Shown here in pieces: positions 41,141 through 50,996 of a DNA stretch of 64,000 nt. The DNA lies in contig OY970303.1 in assembly GCA_963716255.1 (NCBI GenBank), positions 3,168,001 to 3,232,000 on the forward strand, read 5' to 3'. The DNA comes from an uncultured Gemmatimonadales bacterium. Lineage in GTDB: Bacteria > Gemmatimonadota > Gemmatimonadetes > Longimicrobiales > Longimicrobiaceae. Position numbers and translations under genes: made by a program. The notes below the pieces were generated by a model. That model saw only the letters and a list, made by a program, of their open reading frames with translations, was not told where the DNA came from and did not search any database. The first letter of the stretch is position 1. Each line of letters opens with the position of its first letter.

Positions 41141-41542
41141 TCAGGGGCGCGGCACCTCGCTCATCAGCGCGAAAAGGTTGTCCTCGCTGTCGCGCAGAAA
41201 GGCCATCCACAGGTCGTGGTCGGGCATGGGGGCGAGCAGGTGCGGCTCGCCCCCCTCGCTCTCCACCCGCGCCCCGGCCGCCGCCAGCGCATTGAACGAA
41301 GCCCGGATGTCCGCGACGCGGTAGTACAGGATGGATGCCGGGTGGTCGAATTCCGGCTTCTCGGCCGTGCCCAGCATCAGCCGGGTCGCGCCGCACTGGA
41401 AGAACGCAGCCCCGGGAATGCGGAAGAGCAGCGGCATCCCCAGCACGTCGCGGTAGAAGCCGACCGCGCGGTCCAGGTCCCGGACGTTCACCGCGACCTG
41501 GCCGACGCCCTGGATCCCGACGGTTTCGCTGGGTGGGGTCAT
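41141..41542 (-). CDS. VOC/glyoxalase family protein
   Basis: VAVNVRDLDRAVGFYRDVLG, AFLRDSEDN. Confidence 0.88.
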   Translation of the reverse strand: MTPPSETVGIQGVGQVAVNVRDLDRAVGFYRDVLGMPLLFRIPGAAFFQCGATRLMLGTAEKPEFDHPASILYYRVADIRASFNALAAAGARVESEGGEPHLLAPMPDHDLWMAFLRDSEDNLFALMSEVPRP

Positions 41543-41782
41543 GGGGGAATGGGGAGAAGTGAGGAATACGGAACTGCGGCGCGCTCCGGCTGGTCTCGGG
41601 TATGGGGTCGGCCGGGGAGGCTCCTCCGGCAGTGCGATACCCGAAGGGACTCGCCAGAGCACTCGCCCACCGCCCGAGCAAGGGCAGGATCACGCTGGCT
41701 TCGAGCAAACGCACCGCCTGCGGATCCTCCCCCGACCTCCCGACGCAGATCCCAGAACAGCAACTGCCGTGTCGTTGCAGTT

Positions 41783-41882
41783 CTCCCCCTCTCCCGCTTG
41801 CGGGGCTCGACTCCGTTAGCCCGCGTTGTTTGCGGGCTTACGGAGCCGAAGCCCGACCCCGGCGCCAGCCGGGGGCACGCCC
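41783..41882 (-). repeat. Structured dispersed element, copy 8 (partial, fused to a REP-like half)
   Basis: CTCCCCCTCTCCCGCTT-GCGGGG-CTCGACTCCGTT...CACGCCC; the element's 3' part is missing. Confidence 0.9.
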
Positions 41883-41899
41883 GAACCCGCCGTCCAGCC

Positions 41900-42451
41900 T
41901 CAGCGGATCGCCACGTACCGCTCCAGGCGCGCGACCTCGTTGGTATCCACGTACTTGCCGATCTCGCGCCGGAACTGCTCGATGTTGCGGTACGGACGGT
42001 ACTCCTCGAACTCATGGGCCATCCGGTTCCCCACGCCCGGGACGAGCAGGATCTCCTCGCGGCTCGCCTTGTTCAGGTCCAGCGGCTTCCACAGCCGGGT
42101 GTACACGCTGTCCCGCTGCGGCTCGCCCAGGCGGCCGGCCAGCACCCTGTCGACGGCGGCCATGTCGGCGTAGGGGCGGCCGGCGACCACCGCGTCGGCG
42201 AGGGCGGCGTCGAAGCCCGGGACCGCCAGCAGCTCGTCGCGGGTGGCCTGGTCGGGGTCCAGGAAGGCGCCGGCGGCCGCGGTGGGCGCCGCCGGGGCGG
42301 CCGGCGCGGCGGCGGGGGCTTCCGCGCCGGGGGCTGCGGGCGCGGCCGCCGCGTCCGGAGCGGGATCGGACGCTTCTTCCGTCTTGCAGCCGCCGAGCGC
42401 GGCGAGCAGCACCGTGGCGGCCAGCAGCGCCGGGATGCGGGTTCGGTTCAT
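41900..42451 (-). CDS. Lipoprotein with two helix-hairpin-helix (ComEA-like) repeats
   Basis: Lipobox LGGC, Ala/Pro linker, LDLNKASREEILLVPGVG...YRPY. Confidence 0.75.
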   Translation of the reverse strand: MNRTRIPALLAATVLLAALGGCKTEEASDPAPDAAAAPAAPGAEAPAAAPAAPAAPTAAAGAFLDPDQATRDELLAVPGFDAALADAVVAGRPYADMAAVDRVLAGRLGEPQRDSVYTRLWKPLDLNKASREEILLVPGVGNRMAHEFEEYRPYRNIEQFRREIGKYVDTNEVARLERYVAIR

Positions 42452-42942
42452 GGTCTCTCCGTGTGGGGTGTGTGCCGGCGCAGGGCCGGGTGGCGGTGCG
42501 CCAGCGCGAGGCCCAGGAGCCCGAGCTGCGCCAGGGCGCCGGGGGCGAGGGCGGGGGTGGCGCCGTGCAGCGCGGCCCAGAACAGCGCCGTGCCGCGCAG
42601 CGAGGCGTCGGACTCCAGCTCCCACTCCACGTTGCCGCGGAAGTGAAGGTACACGCCCAGCGTGCCCGCGGCCACGAACAGCGCCATCACGGCCTGGAAG
42701 GGCCGCAGGGTGCGGGGGGAGGGGCGCAGCGCCACCGCCGCGGCGCAGGCGAAGCCCAGGCCCAGCGCCGCCAGCGGGACCCACTGCCACGCCGACTCGG
42801 TGTGCTCCAGCAGCACCAGCTCGGCCAGGAGCCCCGCCATTCCCAGGAGCACCAGACCCAGCAGCAGGCGCCGCAGGGACCCGGCCTCTCCGCCCCACCC
42901 CGCCGCCGCAGCAGCGTCCCCGCCGCTCGCCTGTCCCGTCAC
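42448..42942 (-). CDS. Hypothetical membrane protein
   Basis: About 4 TM segments; ELVLLEH, GVYLHF..N.E.E, PALAPG; coupled to the downstream lipoprotein. Confidence 0.65.
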   Translation of the reverse strand: MTGQASGGDAAAAAGWGGEAGSLRRLLLGLVLLGMAGLLAELVLLEHTESAWQWVPLAALGLGFACAAAVALRPSPRTLRPFQAVMALFVAAGTLGVYLHFRGNVEWELESDASLRGTALFWAALHGATPALAPGALAQLGLLGLALAHRHPALRRHTPHTERP

Positions 42943-43040
42943 GCTCCCCCTTTCCCTGCCGCCGGGTGTGGATGTGGCCGCCGCGCGGCGGCCGCCCTTG
43001 CCATCCGGACACGCGGGCCGCGCGATCCGTTGGCCGCGGG

Positions 43041-44399
43041 TCAGCCGGCGGCCTGCAGCGGGAGCCGCACGGTGAACACCGCGCCCCGCCCGGGCTCGCT
43101 CGCCACGGCGATGTCGCCGCCCAGCAGGTGCACGAGGCGGCGCGAGATGGAGAGCCCCAGCCCGGTGCCCCCCGCCTCGCGGGTGTTGGGGGGCTGCGCC
43201 TGCCAGAACGGCTCCCAGATGCGCTCCAGGTCCCCGGGCGCGATCCCCACGCCGGTGTCGCGCACGTGCAGCAGCGCGGCGGGCCCGTCCGGCTCCACCT
43301 CCAGCGCCACCTCGCCGCGGGCGGTGAACTTGATCGCGTTGAAGAGCAGGTTCACCAGCACCTGCCGCAGCTTGCCCCGGTCGGTGACGGCGGAGAGCGG
43401 CCGGTCCGGGACCCGCACGCGGAGCGCGAGCCCCTTCCTGCGGGCCAGCGGCTGAACGAACGCCGCCGCCTCGCGCGCCACCTCGGCCACGTCCGCGTCG
43501 GTGGGGCGCGCCACCTCCTCACCCGTCTCGATGCGGGTGAAGGAAAGGATCTCCTCGATCAGGGTGAGGAGGTGGCGCGCGGCCTGGTCGATGCGGTCCA
43601 CGTGGGAGCGCGTCCCCTCCGAGAGCGGCTCCGGCACCCCCATCAGCAGCAGCTCCGCGTACCCCATCACCGCGGTGAGCGGGGTGCGCAGCTCGTGCGA
43701 CATCACGGCCAGGAAGTCGGCCTTGGTGCGGTTGGCGCGCTCCGCCTCGGCGCGGGCCTCGCTCTCGGCGGCCAGCAGCCGCTGCCGCTCCGCCGCCTCC
43801 CGCTTGCGTGCCGTGATGTCGTGCAGCGAGAGCACCGCGCCCTGCACCCGCCCTGCCTGGCGGATGGGGGTGCAGGAGCAGAACACGGGAAAGAACTCGC
43901 CGCTCTGGCGGATCCACACGTCCTCCAGCTCCCGGATGGCGGGGCCGCCCCGCAGCACGCTCCCCAGCGGGCACTCCGAGAGGGGAAACGGCGAGCCGTC
44001 CGGGTGCAGGTAGTGGACGGCGTCGTGAAGCACCCGGCCCAGGAGCTCCTCCCGGCGCCATCCCAGCACCTCCTCGGCCGCCGGGTTCATGTAGGTGAGG
44101 CGCCCGTGGGCGTCCATCACGCACAGTCCCTCGGCCACGTGCTCGGTGACCGCCTGCACGAAGTGGCGCGGGTCGTCCAGCGGAGGGAGCGGCGCGTCCT
44201 CCTCCTCCGCGGCGGCGGCGCGGGCCAGCGCGTCCACGTCCAGCCGGCGGACGGCGTCGACCGCCGCCTCCGCGGCGCCCTCGGCGCACAGGCCGGACAT
44301 GGCGGCGTCCGCGTACCCCTCCTGCGCCGCGCGGACGCAGGTGCGGCGGACCGCCTCGGCGACGCGGAGCGCGAGCTCCGTGGATCTGGTTTCGGCCAT
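43041..44399 (-). CDS. PAS sensor histidine kinase with small N-terminal Cys-containing domain
   Basis: PAS (YMNPAAEEVLGW), H-box FLAVMSHELRTPL, NLLFNAIKFT, DTGVGI, GTGLGL. Confidence 0.9.
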   Translation of the reverse strand: MAETRSTELALRVAEAVRRTCVRAAQEGYADAAMSGLCAEGAAEAAVDAVRRLDVDALARAAAAEEEDAPLPPLDDPRHFVQAVTEHVAEGLCVMDAHGRLTYMNPAAEEVLGWRREELLGRVLHDAVHYLHPDGSPFPLSECPLGSVLRGGPAIRELEDVWIRQSGEFFPVFCSCTPIRQAGRVQGAVLSLHDITARKREAAERQRLLAAESEARAEAERANRTKADFLAVMSHELRTPLTAVMGYAELLLMGVPEPLSEGTRSHVDRIDQAARHLLTLIEEILSFTRIETGEEVARPTDADVAEVAREAAAFVQPLARRKGLALRVRVPDRPLSAVTDRGKLRQVLVNLLFNAIKFTARGEVALEVEPDGPAALLHVRDTGVGIAPGDLERIWEPFWQAQPPNTREAGGTGLGLSISRRLVHLLGGDIAVASEPGRGAVFTVRLPLQAAG

Positions 44400-44461
44400 G
44401 CGTCCAGCGAGGGTTCCGGCGGCGGTCGGCGACGCCCGCCCGTCTGCACGTTCCCTGCCCG

Positions 44462-45676
44462 TCACGCGGCGGCGAGCGCCGCGCGCACCCGTGCCGCCAG
44501 CTCCGGGGGGTCGGAGGCGCCCACCGCCACCTCCGGCGTCCCGTGCCAGGCGGCGCACTCCCGCAGCGCCCGCGCCAGGTCGTCCGCGAGCCCCGCGGTG
44601 ACGCGCACCCCCGGCTCCAGGTGCAGGGCGCGCACTTCGAACACGCCCTCGCGCCGGTGGGCCTTGGGGTCCAGCCGCGCCACCAGCGCGCCCCGCCGCA
44701 GCACGGGGAGCACGAAGTAGCCGAAGCGCCGCCTGGGCGCCGGGGTGTAGCACTCCAGCCGGTAGTCGAACCCCCACAGCTCGCGCCCGCGCGCCCGGTC
44801 CCACACCAGCGGGTCGAAGGGGGAGAGCAGCGTGGTGAGCCGCGGCCGGATCTCCCCCGCGGCGGCCCGCTCCGCCGTCGCCCGGTGGTCCGGGTGCAGG
44901 TACGCGGGCTCCGGCCACCCCTCCACCTCCACCCGCAGCAGCGCCCCCTCGTCGGCGAGCCGCGCCGCGACCGCCGGCGTGGTGCGCTTCGGCATGCGGA
45001 AGTAGTCCGCCACCCAGCGGGGCCTCGCCACCCCCAGGGCGCGCACCGCCTGGAGGACCAGCGTGCGGTCCGCGTCCTCCCGCGGGGGGAGGAGGGCGTC
45101 GTCCCACCCCGGGAGCACCCGCTCGCGGAGGTCGTACACCCGCTGGAAGCGCTCCCGCCGCGCGATCATCAGCTCCCCCGCGGTGAACAGCGACTCCAGC
45201 ATGCGCTTCTCCGGCTTCCACTCCCACCACCCGCCCGCCCTGCCGTCCGTGCGCTCGAAGTCCGCCGAGCGCACCGGGCCGCGCTCCCGCACCGTCGCCA
45301 GCAGCCGGTCCACCTCGTCGCGCTTCGCCATCAGCGCGCGCGAGTACTTCCACCCCATTCCGGCCGCCTCGAACATGCGGTGCCGGTACAGCGCGAAGTC
45401 CTCCACGGGAAGGAAGCACGCCTCGTGCGCCCAGTACTCGAAGAGCTTTCCCTCCGCCAGCAGCTCCTCCAGCCAGTTCAGCGGAAAGTCGCCCAGGCGG
45501 CTCCAGAGCACCAGGTAGGGGCTGCGCGCAACCACGTGGATGGTGTCGATCTGGAGCGCGCCCATGCGCCGGATCGCGGCCAGCACGTCCGGCTTCGTGG
45601 CCCTCTTCCGCGGCCGGGCGTCGAGCCCCTGGGCCGCCAGCGCTAGCGTACGCGCCGCCTCCTGCGTCAGACGCAT
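44462..45676 (-). CDS. YcaQ-like HTH_42 DNA glycosylase
   Basis: LQIDTIHVVARS (QxD), FEYWAHEA, LLSPFDPLVWDR, YRLECYTP..RR.FGY. Confidence 0.88.
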   Translation of the reverse strand: MRLTQEAARTLALAAQGLDARPRKRATKPDVLAAIRRMGALQIDTIHVVARSPYLVLWSRLGDFPLNWLEELLAEGKLFEYWAHEACFLPVEDFALYRHRMFEAAGMGWKYSRALMAKRDEVDRLLATVRERGPVRSADFERTDGRAGGWWEWKPEKRMLESLFTAGELMIARRERFQRVYDLRERVLPGWDDALLPPREDADRTLVLQAVRALGVARPRWVADYFRMPKRTTPAVAARLADEGALLRVEVEGWPEPAYLHPDHRATAERAAAGEIRPRLTTLLSPFDPLVWDRARGRELWGFDYRLECYTPAPRRRFGYFVLPVLRRGALVARLDPKAHRREGVFEVRALHLEPGVRVTAGLADDLARALRECAAWHGTPEVAVGASDPPELAARVRAALAAA

Positions 45677-45723
45677 CGTCGTTTCGATGTCGTGTAAAAA
45701 GAAAACCGCTTCACCGCGGGTTC

Positions 45724-45852
45724 GGGCGTGCCCCCGGCTGGCGCCGGGGTCGGGCTTCGGCTCCGTAAGCCCGCAAACAACGCGGGCTAACGGAGTCGAG
45801 CCCCGCGAAACTGCCCGCGGGTCTCGCCCCTTCGGGCCGAAATCCCTCACGC
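45724..45852 (+). repeat. Structured dispersed element, copy 9
   Basis: Central stem AGCCCGC/GCGGGCT. Confidence 0.95.
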
Positions 45853-45947
45853 GACGGCAGGCCCCCTTCCCCCGGCCCCCTCTTGCGGGGAGGGGTGGGG
45901 GGAGGGGGTCCGCTGTTGCAGGCTGTTCCCTGTTCCCTATCCGTTCC

Positions 45948-46901
45948 TCACAGCTTCCGCAGCCTCACGCGCTCCACCTGGTGCGCGTCGCCTTTTTCCA
46001 GCACCAGCGTGGCGCGCTCGCGGGTGGGGAGCACGTTTTCGCGCAGGTTGACGGCGTTTATGGTGGCCCACACGTGGTGGGCGAAGGCGTCCGCTTCGGC
46101 CTCGGGCATGGCGGCGTAGCGGTGGAAGTAGGAATCCGGGTCGCGGAAGGCGGTCTCCCGCAGGCGCTGGAAGCGCTGCAGGAACCAGTGCTCCAGCTTG
46201 GCCTCCGGCGCGTCGATGTACAGCGAGAAGTCGATGAAGTCCGAGACGAACACGCGCGGGGGGCGGCCGTCGGCGCCGCCGGCCTGGAGCACGTTCAGCC
46301 CTTCCAGGATCAGGATGTCCGGCTGGCGCACCAGCATCTCGGCGCCCGGGACGATGTCGTACACCAGGTGCGAGTACACCGGGGCGCGCACCTCGCCGCG
46401 GCCCGACTTGACGTCGGCGAGGAAGCGGACCAGGCGCCGCACGTCGTAGCTCTCGGGGAAGCCCTTGCGGTGCATGATCCCCCGCGCCTCCAGCACCCGG
46501 TTGGGGAAGAGGAAGCCGTCCGTGGTCACCAGGTCCACGCGCGGGTGGTCGGGCCAGCGCGCCAGCAGTGCCTGCAGCACCCGCGAGGTCGTGCTCTTCC
46601 CCCCGGCCACGCTCCCCGCCACGGCGACCACGTACGGCACCTTCGCCGCCGGGTGGCCCAGGAAGGTGTCGGTGACGCGGTGCAGCTGCTGCGCGGCCGC
46701 CACGTACAGGTTGAGCAGGCGCGACAGCGGGAGGTAGATGTCCGTCACCTCCTCCATGGACACGTACTCCTCCGCGCTGCGCAGGGCGGCCAGGTCGTCC
46801 TCGGCCAGCGTCAGCGGCGTGTTGCCGCGCAGCCGCGACCACTCCTCGCGCGCGAAGGAGATGTAGGGCGAGTAGCCGTTGCTTGCCTGGGTGCGGGCCA
46901 T
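45948..46901 (-). CDS. coaA: Type I pantothenate kinase
   Basis: [39 protein letters not shown]. Confidence 0.96.
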   Translation of the reverse strand: MARTQASNGYSPYISFAREEWSRLRGNTPLTLAEDDLAALRSAEEYVSMEEVTDIYLPLSRLLNLYVAAAQQLHRVTDTFLGHPAAKVPYVVAVAGSVAGGKSTTSRVLQALLARWPDHPRVDLVTTDGFLFPNRVLEARGIMHRKGFPESYDVRRLVRFLADVKSGRGEVRAPVYSHLVYDIVPGAEMLVRQPDILILEGLNVLQAGGADGRPPRVFVSDFIDFSLYIDAPEAKLEHWFLQRFQRLRETAFRDPDSYFHRYAAMPEAEADAFAHHVWATINAVNLRENVLPTRERATLVLEKGDAHQVERVRLRKL

Positions 46902-46955
46902 GGTGCGGGGGTCCGGTGTCGTCGCCCGCCGCGGAGGGCGGCGGGGCGCTTCAGT

Positions 46956-47291
46956 CTACGCGGGCGAGGACACCCAGAACAGGTATGCCAGGAGGGGAAG
47001 GGCGGGGAGGAGGGGGACGGCGCTCAGCAGCGCCGCCCGCCCGTAGCGCCGCCGCGCGTACGCGAGCCACGCGGCCGCCGCGCACCCCAGCGGGAGCAGC
47101 GGGTACGACCACACCACCCCCATGAACACCCGCGGCGCCACGGCCTCCGCCGAGAGCGGCGTGTCGAACGCCACGATGGAGGTCCCCGCCACCGCCAGCC
47201 AGGGCAGGAGCGAGGCCAGCGCGAGGAGCTGGCTCGCCACCAGCCAGACGAGGGTCCTCCGGGAGCCGGGCGCGTCGGGGTGTGGCTGCAT
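46956..47291 (-). CDS. Small hypothetical membrane protein
   Basis: Three hydrophobic segments; fills the gap between coaA and the tRNA promoter. Confidence 0.55.
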   Translation of the reverse strand: MQPHPDAPGSRRTLVWLVASQLLALASLLPWLAVAGTSIVAFDTPLSAEAVAPRVFMGVVWSYPLLPLGCAAAAWLAYARRRYGRAALLSAVPLLPALPLLAYLFWVSSPA

Positions 47292-47423
47292 GGGCCGGGG
47301 GTGAGGGGACGGGGCGCGGCGCGGGCGGGCGGAAAAGATCGGTGGCGCGGGGCGCGGGCGCAACGCCGGCCCGTCCCGCGGGGCCGGAGAGCCGCCCCGA
47401 CCGCGAGAACGGGCCGCGGAGGC

Positions 47424-47452
47424 TTGAGCTTTCCGCAGGAAGCGTTTAGATT
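47424..47452 (+). promoter_or_regulatory. Promoter of the tRNA pair
   Basis: TTGAGC-N17-TAGATT followed by a GC-rich discriminator. Confidence 0.6.
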
Positions 47453-47477
47453 GCCCGTCCGCGCGGTTCCGCGGAAC

Positions 47478-47551
47478 GGTCGATTAGCTCAGTTGGTTAG
47501 AGCGCTCGCCTCACATGCGAGAGGTCCGGGGTTCGAGTCCCTGATCGACCA
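47478..47551 (+). tRNA. tRNA-Val(CAC)
   Basis: Acceptor GGTCGAT/ATCGACC, anticodon arm CTCGC-CTCACAT-GCGAG, T-loop GTTCGAG; CCA not encoded. Confidence 0.95.
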
Positions 47552-47559
47552 CTGGTGCC

Positions 47560-47632
47560 GGGGATGTAGCTCAGATGGGAGAGCGCTGCAATCGCACTGC
47601 AGAGGTCAGGGGTTCGATTCCCCTCATCTCCA
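47560..47632 (+). tRNA. tRNA-Ala(CGC)
   Basis: Acceptor GGGGATG/CATCTCC with G3:U70, anticodon arm CTGCA-ATCGCAC-TGCAG; CCA not encoded. Confidence 0.95.
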
Positions 47633-47640
47633 TCCGGTCG

Positions 47641-47692
47641 AAGAGAAAGCAGGCCCCGCCGTGGCAGACGCCGCGGCGGGGCTTTCTCTTTT
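47641..47692 (+). terminator. Intrinsic terminator after the tRNAs
   Basis: GCCCCGCCGTGGC-AGAC-GCCGCGGCGGGGC followed by TTTCTCTTTT, preceded by AAGAGAAAG. Confidence 0.75.
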
Positions 47693-47712
47693 GGCCGTTC
47701 CGCCACGCAGTC

Positions 47713-47843
47713 GCGTGAGGGATTTCGGCCCGAAGGGGCGAGACCCGGCGGGGCTGTTTCCGCCGGGGCTCGACTCCGTTGCAGACGGTCGTTTCGTCTG
47801 CTACGGAGCCGAAGCCCGACCCCGCGCCAGCGGGGGCACGCCC
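47713..47843 (-). repeat. Structured dispersed element, copy 10
   Basis: Central stem GCAGACG/CGTCTGC, loop AAACGAC. Confidence 0.95.
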
Positions 47844-47874
47844 GAACCCGGCTGTTCGACCCGCGGATCCGGAA

Positions 47875-49356
47875 TCAGTCGAGCGTCTGCGCGGACACCG
47901 CCGGGATGGACTCGGTCCAGAGGAGCTGGCTGGTGGCCGCGGAAACGTCGCCGCCGAACTTCACCTGGTAGTACGAGGCCGTCCCCGTGCCGTCCGCGGC
48001 CAGCTCCAGGACGGTGTAGCCGCTGGCCCACACCAGGTCGTCGGGCTGCGACTGCACGAAGCCGTTGGGGAAGGGGATCGACCCGCCCGGCGAGGACGTG
48101 GCGGGCTGCAGCGGGATGCTGTCCGTCCCGGGGGTGTACCCGGCCGAGTCGGTGAAGACGGGGAAGGCGCCGTTCCCCACGCAGCGGCCCACCACCGGGA
48201 GCGGGCCGGGGACCTGGTACACCTCCAGCACGTGCTCGTGGCCCCAGAGCCACGCGGCGATCCCCGGGGCCGGGGTGACGGCGCGCCACGCGTCCAGGTT
48301 GCTCGCCAGCGAGGGGTTCTGCCAGAGCCCGCCGATCTGCTCGAAGGCGGAGAAGAGCTGGTGGTGCGAGAACAGGATCACCCGGCGTCCCCCGGCGCCC
48401 GCGAGCTGCGCCTGGTGCCAGGCCGCCTCGTCGCTGCGGAGGTGCGTGTCGTCCCTGGCCACGTGCAGCAGGTCGCTGTCGTTGTAGCCGGTGTCCATCC
48501 CCTGCAGCTGCCAGGCGGCGTTCCGCAGGCAGAAGAAGCTGTTCGCCTGCACCGACGCGCCGGGGACGCCCTGGTTGAGCCGGGCCAGCATCCCGTAGAA
48601 CCCCGCGCCGCCGCTGTAGTAGTCGTGGTTTCCCGGCAGGGCGTAGACGGGGACGTCGCGCCCGTACTTCTGCCGCGCGTCGGCGAGGGGGACGAGGAAG
48701 TTGGAGTTCTGCTCGTCCTCCGTCCCCGCGTAGTAGACGTCGCCCACGTGGATGACCAGGTCCGGCGCCTGCCGCATGAGCTGGTCGAGCACGGCGAGCG
48801 CCTCCGGCTCGCCCGTCCCCCAGTCGCCCAGGATCCCCACCCGCAGCGTGCCGTCGGCCGCGGCGGCGGGCGGCAGGGCCATGGGCCGCGGGTCGCCGCC
48901 GGCGGGTGCCACGTACACCGGCTCGCTGCCGTCCCAGTAGTACCCGAGCCAGTCCTCCACCGCCTGCAGCCACCCCGTGGCGTCGCACGGGCTGTCGGTC
49001 CATTCGCTGCGGATCATGCTCATCCCGGCGGTGTCGTCCAGCGACCAGGCGATCACGTAGCGGACGAGCAGGTCCGTGCAGTCCCCGGCGAGGCCCTCGG
49101 GAGCCGCCACGGCCACGCCCTGCGCCGCCTGGGCGGCGCGGCGGGCCCGGTAGGCGGCGTCCGCCGTTGCCGCGTCCCGGATCTCGCCGCGGTACACGCG
49201 CTCCAGCACCGCGCTCGCGGCCTGCATCTGCGGGTGGCTGGCGAAGAGCCCCGAGGCGGGCGCGTCCGGCGTCCGCTTCGCCACCTGCTCGCGGATGCAC
49301 GACTGGGCCACGGAAAGGCGTGCGTCGTGGAAGTTGGGGGTGCGGACGCGCGGCAT
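47875..49356 (-). CDS. Calcineurin-like metallophosphoesterase with N-terminal extension
   Basis: GDWG, HVGDVYY, PGNHD, FSHH, WGHEH; GGAGG upstream. Confidence 0.85.
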   Translation of the reverse strand: MPRVRTPNFHDARLSVAQSCIREQVAKRTPDAPASGLFASHPQMQAASAVLERVYRGEIRDAATADAAYRARRAAQAAQGVAVAAPEGLAGDCTDLLVRYVIAWSLDDTAGMSMIRSEWTDSPCDATGWLQAVEDWLGYYWDGSEPVYVAPAGGDPRPMALPPAAAADGTLRVGILGDWGTGEPEALAVLDQLMRQAPDLVIHVGDVYYAGTEDEQNSNFLVPLADARQKYGRDVPVYALPGNHDYYSGGAGFYGMLARLNQGVPGASVQANSFFCLRNAAWQLQGMDTGYNDSDLLHVARDDTHLRSDEAAWHQAQLAGAGGRRVILFSHHQLFSAFEQIGGLWQNPSLASNLDAWRAVTPAPGIAAWLWGHEHVLEVYQVPGPLPVVGRCVGNGAFPVFTDSAGYTPGTDSIPLQPATSSPGGSIPFPNGFVQSQPDDLVWASGYTVLELAADGTGTASYYQVKFGGDVSAATSQLLWTESIPAVSAQTLD

Positions 49357-49669
49357 GGCGGCCTCCGGTGGGGAGAGGTGGGGGAGCGGTCGGAGGGGTG
49401 GAGCTTTCCGGCGGACCGGGTCCGCTCCGAATGATGCGCTCTGCCCTGCGGGGGGGCAACGCTGACGAGGGCGCCGGGGCCCGCCCGTCCGGCGGGCGGC
49501 GGCCCACGCTGCACCGGCGAGGCAGGCCGGCGCCGGGATGCCGGAAGCCCCGCAGTGGCGTTTGCCGCGGCGGGGCTTCTTGTCGCTCGTTTCCCAAGCT
49601 GCGGCTGAAGGTCGGCGCTCCCGGACGCGCAGCCGTCGCGTGAGGGATTACGGCCCGAAGGGGCGAGAC

Positions 49670-50996
49670 GGTATGGACCGGGTAGATTGTTGACAGAATA
49701 GACCGGGAGGATGGTTGACACGGTAGCTTACGCGCTCGCCCACACCTAGGGAGAGCCATGCCGTGGAGACAGACCAACCCGATGGATGAGCGGATGAAGT
49801 TCGTCGTTCTCGCACAGGAGGGGCTCTACAGCATGACGGAGCTGTGCGAGCGGTTCGGCATCAGTCGCCAGGCCGGATACACTCGGCTGCACCGCTACGA
49901 GCAGGAGGGAATTGCGGGGCTGGCTTCCGGCAGCCATGCACCGAAGTCCTGTCCGCACCGCATGAAGGAGGAGGTCCGGACCGCGCTGCTGAAGGCCCGC
50001 AAAGCGCATCCGGATTGGGGCCCCCGTAAAATCCTGGTCTGGTTACGCCCGCGCCGACCCGAGTTGGAGTTGCCGGCGGCAAGCACGGTGGGAGACCTGT
50101 ACAAGCGCGAGGGGCTGGTGGAGTCTCGCCCGCACCGGCGGAAGTGGTCCCACCCGGGGCGAGTCTCGCAGACGGTGGAGGCCGCCAACCAGCTCTGGAA
50201 CGCCGACTTCAAGGGCGAGTTCCGCATGGGAGACGGGACGATGTGCTACCCGCTGACCGTCACGGACACTCACACCCGCTACCTGTTGGCCTGTGACGGA
50301 CTGAGCTCGACTGCACACAGAGGCGCCTGCGCGAGCTTTCAGCACCTCTTTCGCGAACGGGGGCTTCCGCAGGCCATCCGTAGCGACAATGGAGGACCGT
50401 TCTGCACGAAAGCCATCGCTGGGCTCTCGCGCCTGAGTGTCTGGTGGACGCAGATGGGGATCAAGCATGAGCGGATCGAGCCGGCCCATCCGGAGCAGAA
50501 CGGCTCGCATGAGCGGATGCATCGCACGCTCAAGGCGGGCACGCTGCGGCCCCCGGCAGCCAATGTCCAGGTGCAGCAGGAGCGATTCGATGCCTTCCGG
50601 CGCGAGTTCAACGAAGAGCGGCCTCACCAGGCGCTGGAGATGCAGACCCCGGGCTCGCTCTACGTGGCGTGCGAGCGAGAGATGCCGGAGCAAATCGCCC
50701 CGCCGCAGTACGCGGGGCATTGTGTGGTGCGCCGGGTGCGGGGTAACGGGATCCTGTACTTCCGCGACCGGACGATCTTCCTCAGCGAGTTGCTGATCGG
50801 GCAGGAGGTGGCGTTGGAGGAGATCGAGGACGGAGTGTGGTCGATCTACTTCTACGACCTGCTCCTGGCGCGGCTGGACGAGCGAACGGGGGAACTCTCC
50901 GGCTGACGCCGGACACCCCCCGAGGTGGAACTTGATAGACCAGAAGTGTCAAGCATCAACCCGGTCTGTGGTGTCAAGCATCAATCCGGTTGCTCA
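49670..50996 (+). mobile_element. IS481-family insertion sequence
   Basis: Imperfect terminal IRs each with two ACCGG....GAT...TTGACA boxes; flanked by GAC (or AGAC) direct repeat; lower GC than the host. Confidence 0.9.
49758..50906 (+). CDS. IS481-family DDE transposase
   Basis: MPW..T..MDER..F, HTH, WNADFKG (D), RSDNG (D), QNGSHERMHRTLK (E). Confidence 0.93.
   Translation: MPWRQTNPMDERMKFVVLAQEGLYSMTELCERFGISRQAGYTRLHRYEQEGIAGLASGSHAPKSCPHRMKEEVRTALLKARKAHPDWGPRKILVWLRPRRPELELPAASTVGDLYKREGLVESRPHRRKWSHPGRVSQTVEAANQLWNADFKGEFRMGDGTMCYPLTVTDTHTRYLLACDGLSSTAHRGACASFQHLFRERGLPQAIRSDNGGPFCTKAIAGLSRLSVWWTQMGIKHERIEPAHPEQNGSHERMHRTLKAGTLRPPAANVQVQQERFDAFRREFNEERPHQALEMQTPGSLYVACEREMPEQIAPPQYAGHCVVRRVRGNGILYFRDRTIFLSELLIGQEVALEEIEDGVWSIYFYDLLLARLDERTGELSG

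Noticed and set aside
47478..47632. tRNA-anchored prophage or integrative island
   Set aside because: No integrase, phage genes or duplicated tRNA 3' end seen in the window.
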